Assembly (NCBI GenBank): GCA_048940925.1
Contig: JBHLOC010000001.1
Location: forward strand, 128,001-192,000
Source of the DNA: Promethearchaeota archaeon
GTDB taxonomy: Archaea > Asgardarchaeota > Lokiarchaeia > Sigyniarchaeales > SOKP01
Direction of reading: 5' to 3'
DNA length: 64,000 nucleotides
Shown here: positions 62,236 to 64,000 of the stretch, piece by piece
Layout of the letters: each line of letters opens with the position of its first letter
Numbering within the stretch: the stretch's first letter is position 1
The notes under the pieces: model-generated
What the model saw: the letters and a program-made list of their open reading frames with translations, nothing else
Told to the model about the DNA's origin: nothing
The model's database searches: none
Program-made: the position numbers and the translations under genes

Positions 62236-62927
62236 AAGAATTCAGTTATTTTTCTATTTGCCACCTCTTCATTTAATATATTTTTAGTTGTATCCCATGA
62301 TTTCCTTGCAATTTGTGGTGCTTTTTTATGTTTTTTTACCCATACTCGAAGAAATTCTATAGTTGTTACATCAGAGGGATATCCCGATCCAAATTCTCCA
62401 TACTTTTTTTTTAATTCGTCTATTGAGGTGTCTCTTTTATTTTTTGCAATTATAGATCCAGCTGAAACTATTGGATAAATATCATCAGCTTTATGTTTCG
62501 AAATTATTCTTTTAGGTTTGTAATTTAGTAATTTTTTGATTGACCGACCAAATCTTTCTTCATTTACATCAGCAGCATCAACATATATGATGTCTGGTTT
62601 TAAAATATTAATAATTTCAGCCATTTTTAATTCTTCAAGTCGATTCATCGTAATATTCTTTTCCTTTCTCTGATCTATCTCTTCAGGATCTACTATGATA
62701 ATTTTATAGGAATAACAATTGTTTTTGATAAGTTTAGATAATTGACTCCTCCTTTTGGTTGATAATTTTTTTGAATCTTTAACCCCAATTTCAGATAAAA
62801 ATTCTAATTTATGATTAGTAAAACAGACGCCACAAATAACCATAGGACCTAAGACAGAGCCTTTTAACATATAATTCGATCTGAATTATTTTCTGCCAGC
62901 CTCGTCTATACCACAAATTACTTCCAA
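62232..62927 (-). CDS. rnhB: Ribonuclease HII, two exons (62893..62927 + 62232..62862), 221 aa after splicing
   Basis: Exon 1 from TTG gives LEVICGIDEAG; junction restores DEAGR|GSVLGPMV; exon 2 has DSKKL, HKAD, VSAGSIIAK, GSGYPSD. Confidence 0.93.
62863..62892 (-). other. 30-nt BHB intron in rnhB mRNA
   Basis: UGGC/GUUA central helix, bulges AG^A and AA^A, inner stem AAAUAAUUC/GAAUUAUAU, outer GAGGC/GGCUC; in-frame UAA inside. Confidence 0.87.
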
Positions 62928-62934
62928 CTTTTCA

Positions 62935-63933
62935 TCAAGATTCTTGTATGAGTTCAATGAATTCTTCCTCATCATCAATTTTTTCTAAATTCTTTATTTT
63001 AACAATATGTATATCATCTTTTTTTATTAAGGCTGGAATTTTTACATGGTTATTGACAATAAATAGAGCTGTTTTATGGAATAACTCATTAAACATCTTT
63101 AAACATCGAAAATTCATTTGATTTATATTTTTCTGCTCCTCAGAGATAGCTGAAAACAGAGGATAAAAGCCCTCTTCAGTTTTTTCAATCGAAGAAAACA
63201 ATGATAATTTAAAGGGTATTGAGCCTTTCTTATACCAATATGCGGACAATCCTATATCGTCTATTATTGAATTTACACGTGATTCAAAATCACTTAACTC
63301 TTTTTCTTCTTGATTTTCAATATCTCTTTGATGAGAATTAATTTTCCATTTAAAGATATTAATCTTTTTGAAAATTTCATTATTATCTAGTATATTTAAT
63401 ATTTTTATGGCAATTTGATCTGAGGGTCGCATACTTTCGTTTTCATAAGCACTTATTGTCCTCTTAGTAACGCCTAGTTTTTCAGATAATTCCTTTCTTG
63501 TTATTAATTGTTTTTCTCTTATTGTTTTCATCAATATACCGTCTAAAAAGACTACACCGCCACCTCTTCTTGCTAAAATATAGGGGTATATATTTTTATT
63601 TAGAATTTTCTCAAAAGTATTTAATGTTATAAAAGGCAAACCTTCTCTTACATATATTGTATTATCCTCTAAGTTTTGGTATCGATTCTTGATGCCAATC
63701 AATAATGGTTTTGATTTTAATATAAATGATAATTGTTTAATATCTCGGATGAGGTCAGGATTTAAATTATCTATATTAGGAAAGACTTTAAGGCTAAAAA
63801 CTTGATCATTCTTTTTTACTAATAAATCAAAACAAAATTTTGTCTTTTTGCTAGCAAAATTTCCTATATTTAAGGTTTCAAAGTTCGCCTTCTTCAGTAA
63901 ATCATCAATCTTCTCTATGACTGTACTTATCAT
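62935..63933 (-). CDS. Archaeal HTH transcriptional regulator (COG1395-like)
   Basis: CFDLL, KVFPNID, ARRGG, Cro/C1 HTH LSEKLGVTKRTISAYE. Confidence 0.85.
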   Translation of the reverse strand: MISTVIEKIDDLLKKANFETLNIGNFASKKTKFCFDLLVKKNDQVFSLKVFPNIDNLNPDLIRDIKQLSFILKSKPLLIGIKNRYQNLEDNTIYVREGLPFITLNTFEKILNKNIYPYILARRGGGVVFLDGILMKTIREKQLITRKELSEKLGVTKRTISAYENESMRPSDQIAIKILNILDNNEIFKKINIFKWKINSHQRDIENQEEKELSDFESRVNSIIDDIGLSAYWYKKGSIPFKLSLFSSIEKTEEGFYPLFSAISEEQKNINQMNFRCLKMFNELFHKTALFIVNNHVKIPALIKKDDIHIVKIKNLEKIDDEEEFIELIQES

Positions 63934-64000
63934 CGATTACTAGTACTTTATTTATATAAAAAAAAATAATTTCTTTTAAGATTATAATATTTTGAAACTT

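Noticed and set aside
62862-62892. Stop-codon readthrough, or an alternative BHB register (GGCA/UGUU), in rnhB
   Set aside because: Readthrough would insert 10 aa in the active-site motif; the alternative register removes 28 nt and breaks the frame
1-64000. CRISPR arrays, rRNA genes, IS elements
   Set aside because: No regularly spaced repeats, rRNA-like GC-rich stretch or transposase ORF seen

Overview
AT-rich archaeal chromosomal segment. Its gene content (profilin-like protein, Rab-like GTPase domain, exosome/proteasome superoperon, GatDE, Nop5/fibrillarin) points to an Asgard archaeon, most likely Lokiarchaeia; this is inference. Most of the window is housekeeping genes plus a four-tRNA cluster, three of them with introns. 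Main finding: two protein-coding genes, elp3 and rnhB, look broken in the ORF track but are each interrupted by a 30-31 nt insert that folds into a bulge-helix-bulge (BHB) motif. Cutting at the standard endonuclease positions restores both the frame and the conserved motif, so these are tRNA-type introns in mRNAs. Second finding: two diverged copies of a leaderless 10-codon micropeptide gene (MWKGDTGPKP and MFRGDRGPIP), each with a shared upstream element and terminator hairpin, one next to a pair of unusual RHH-HisKA-receiver regulators. Also present: a TBP-repeat/Rab-like GTPase/HTH fusion protein, genes that apparently start at ATA and are missed by the ORF track, and several pseudogene remnants. 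All calls come from reading motifs by eye; no database searches were run.
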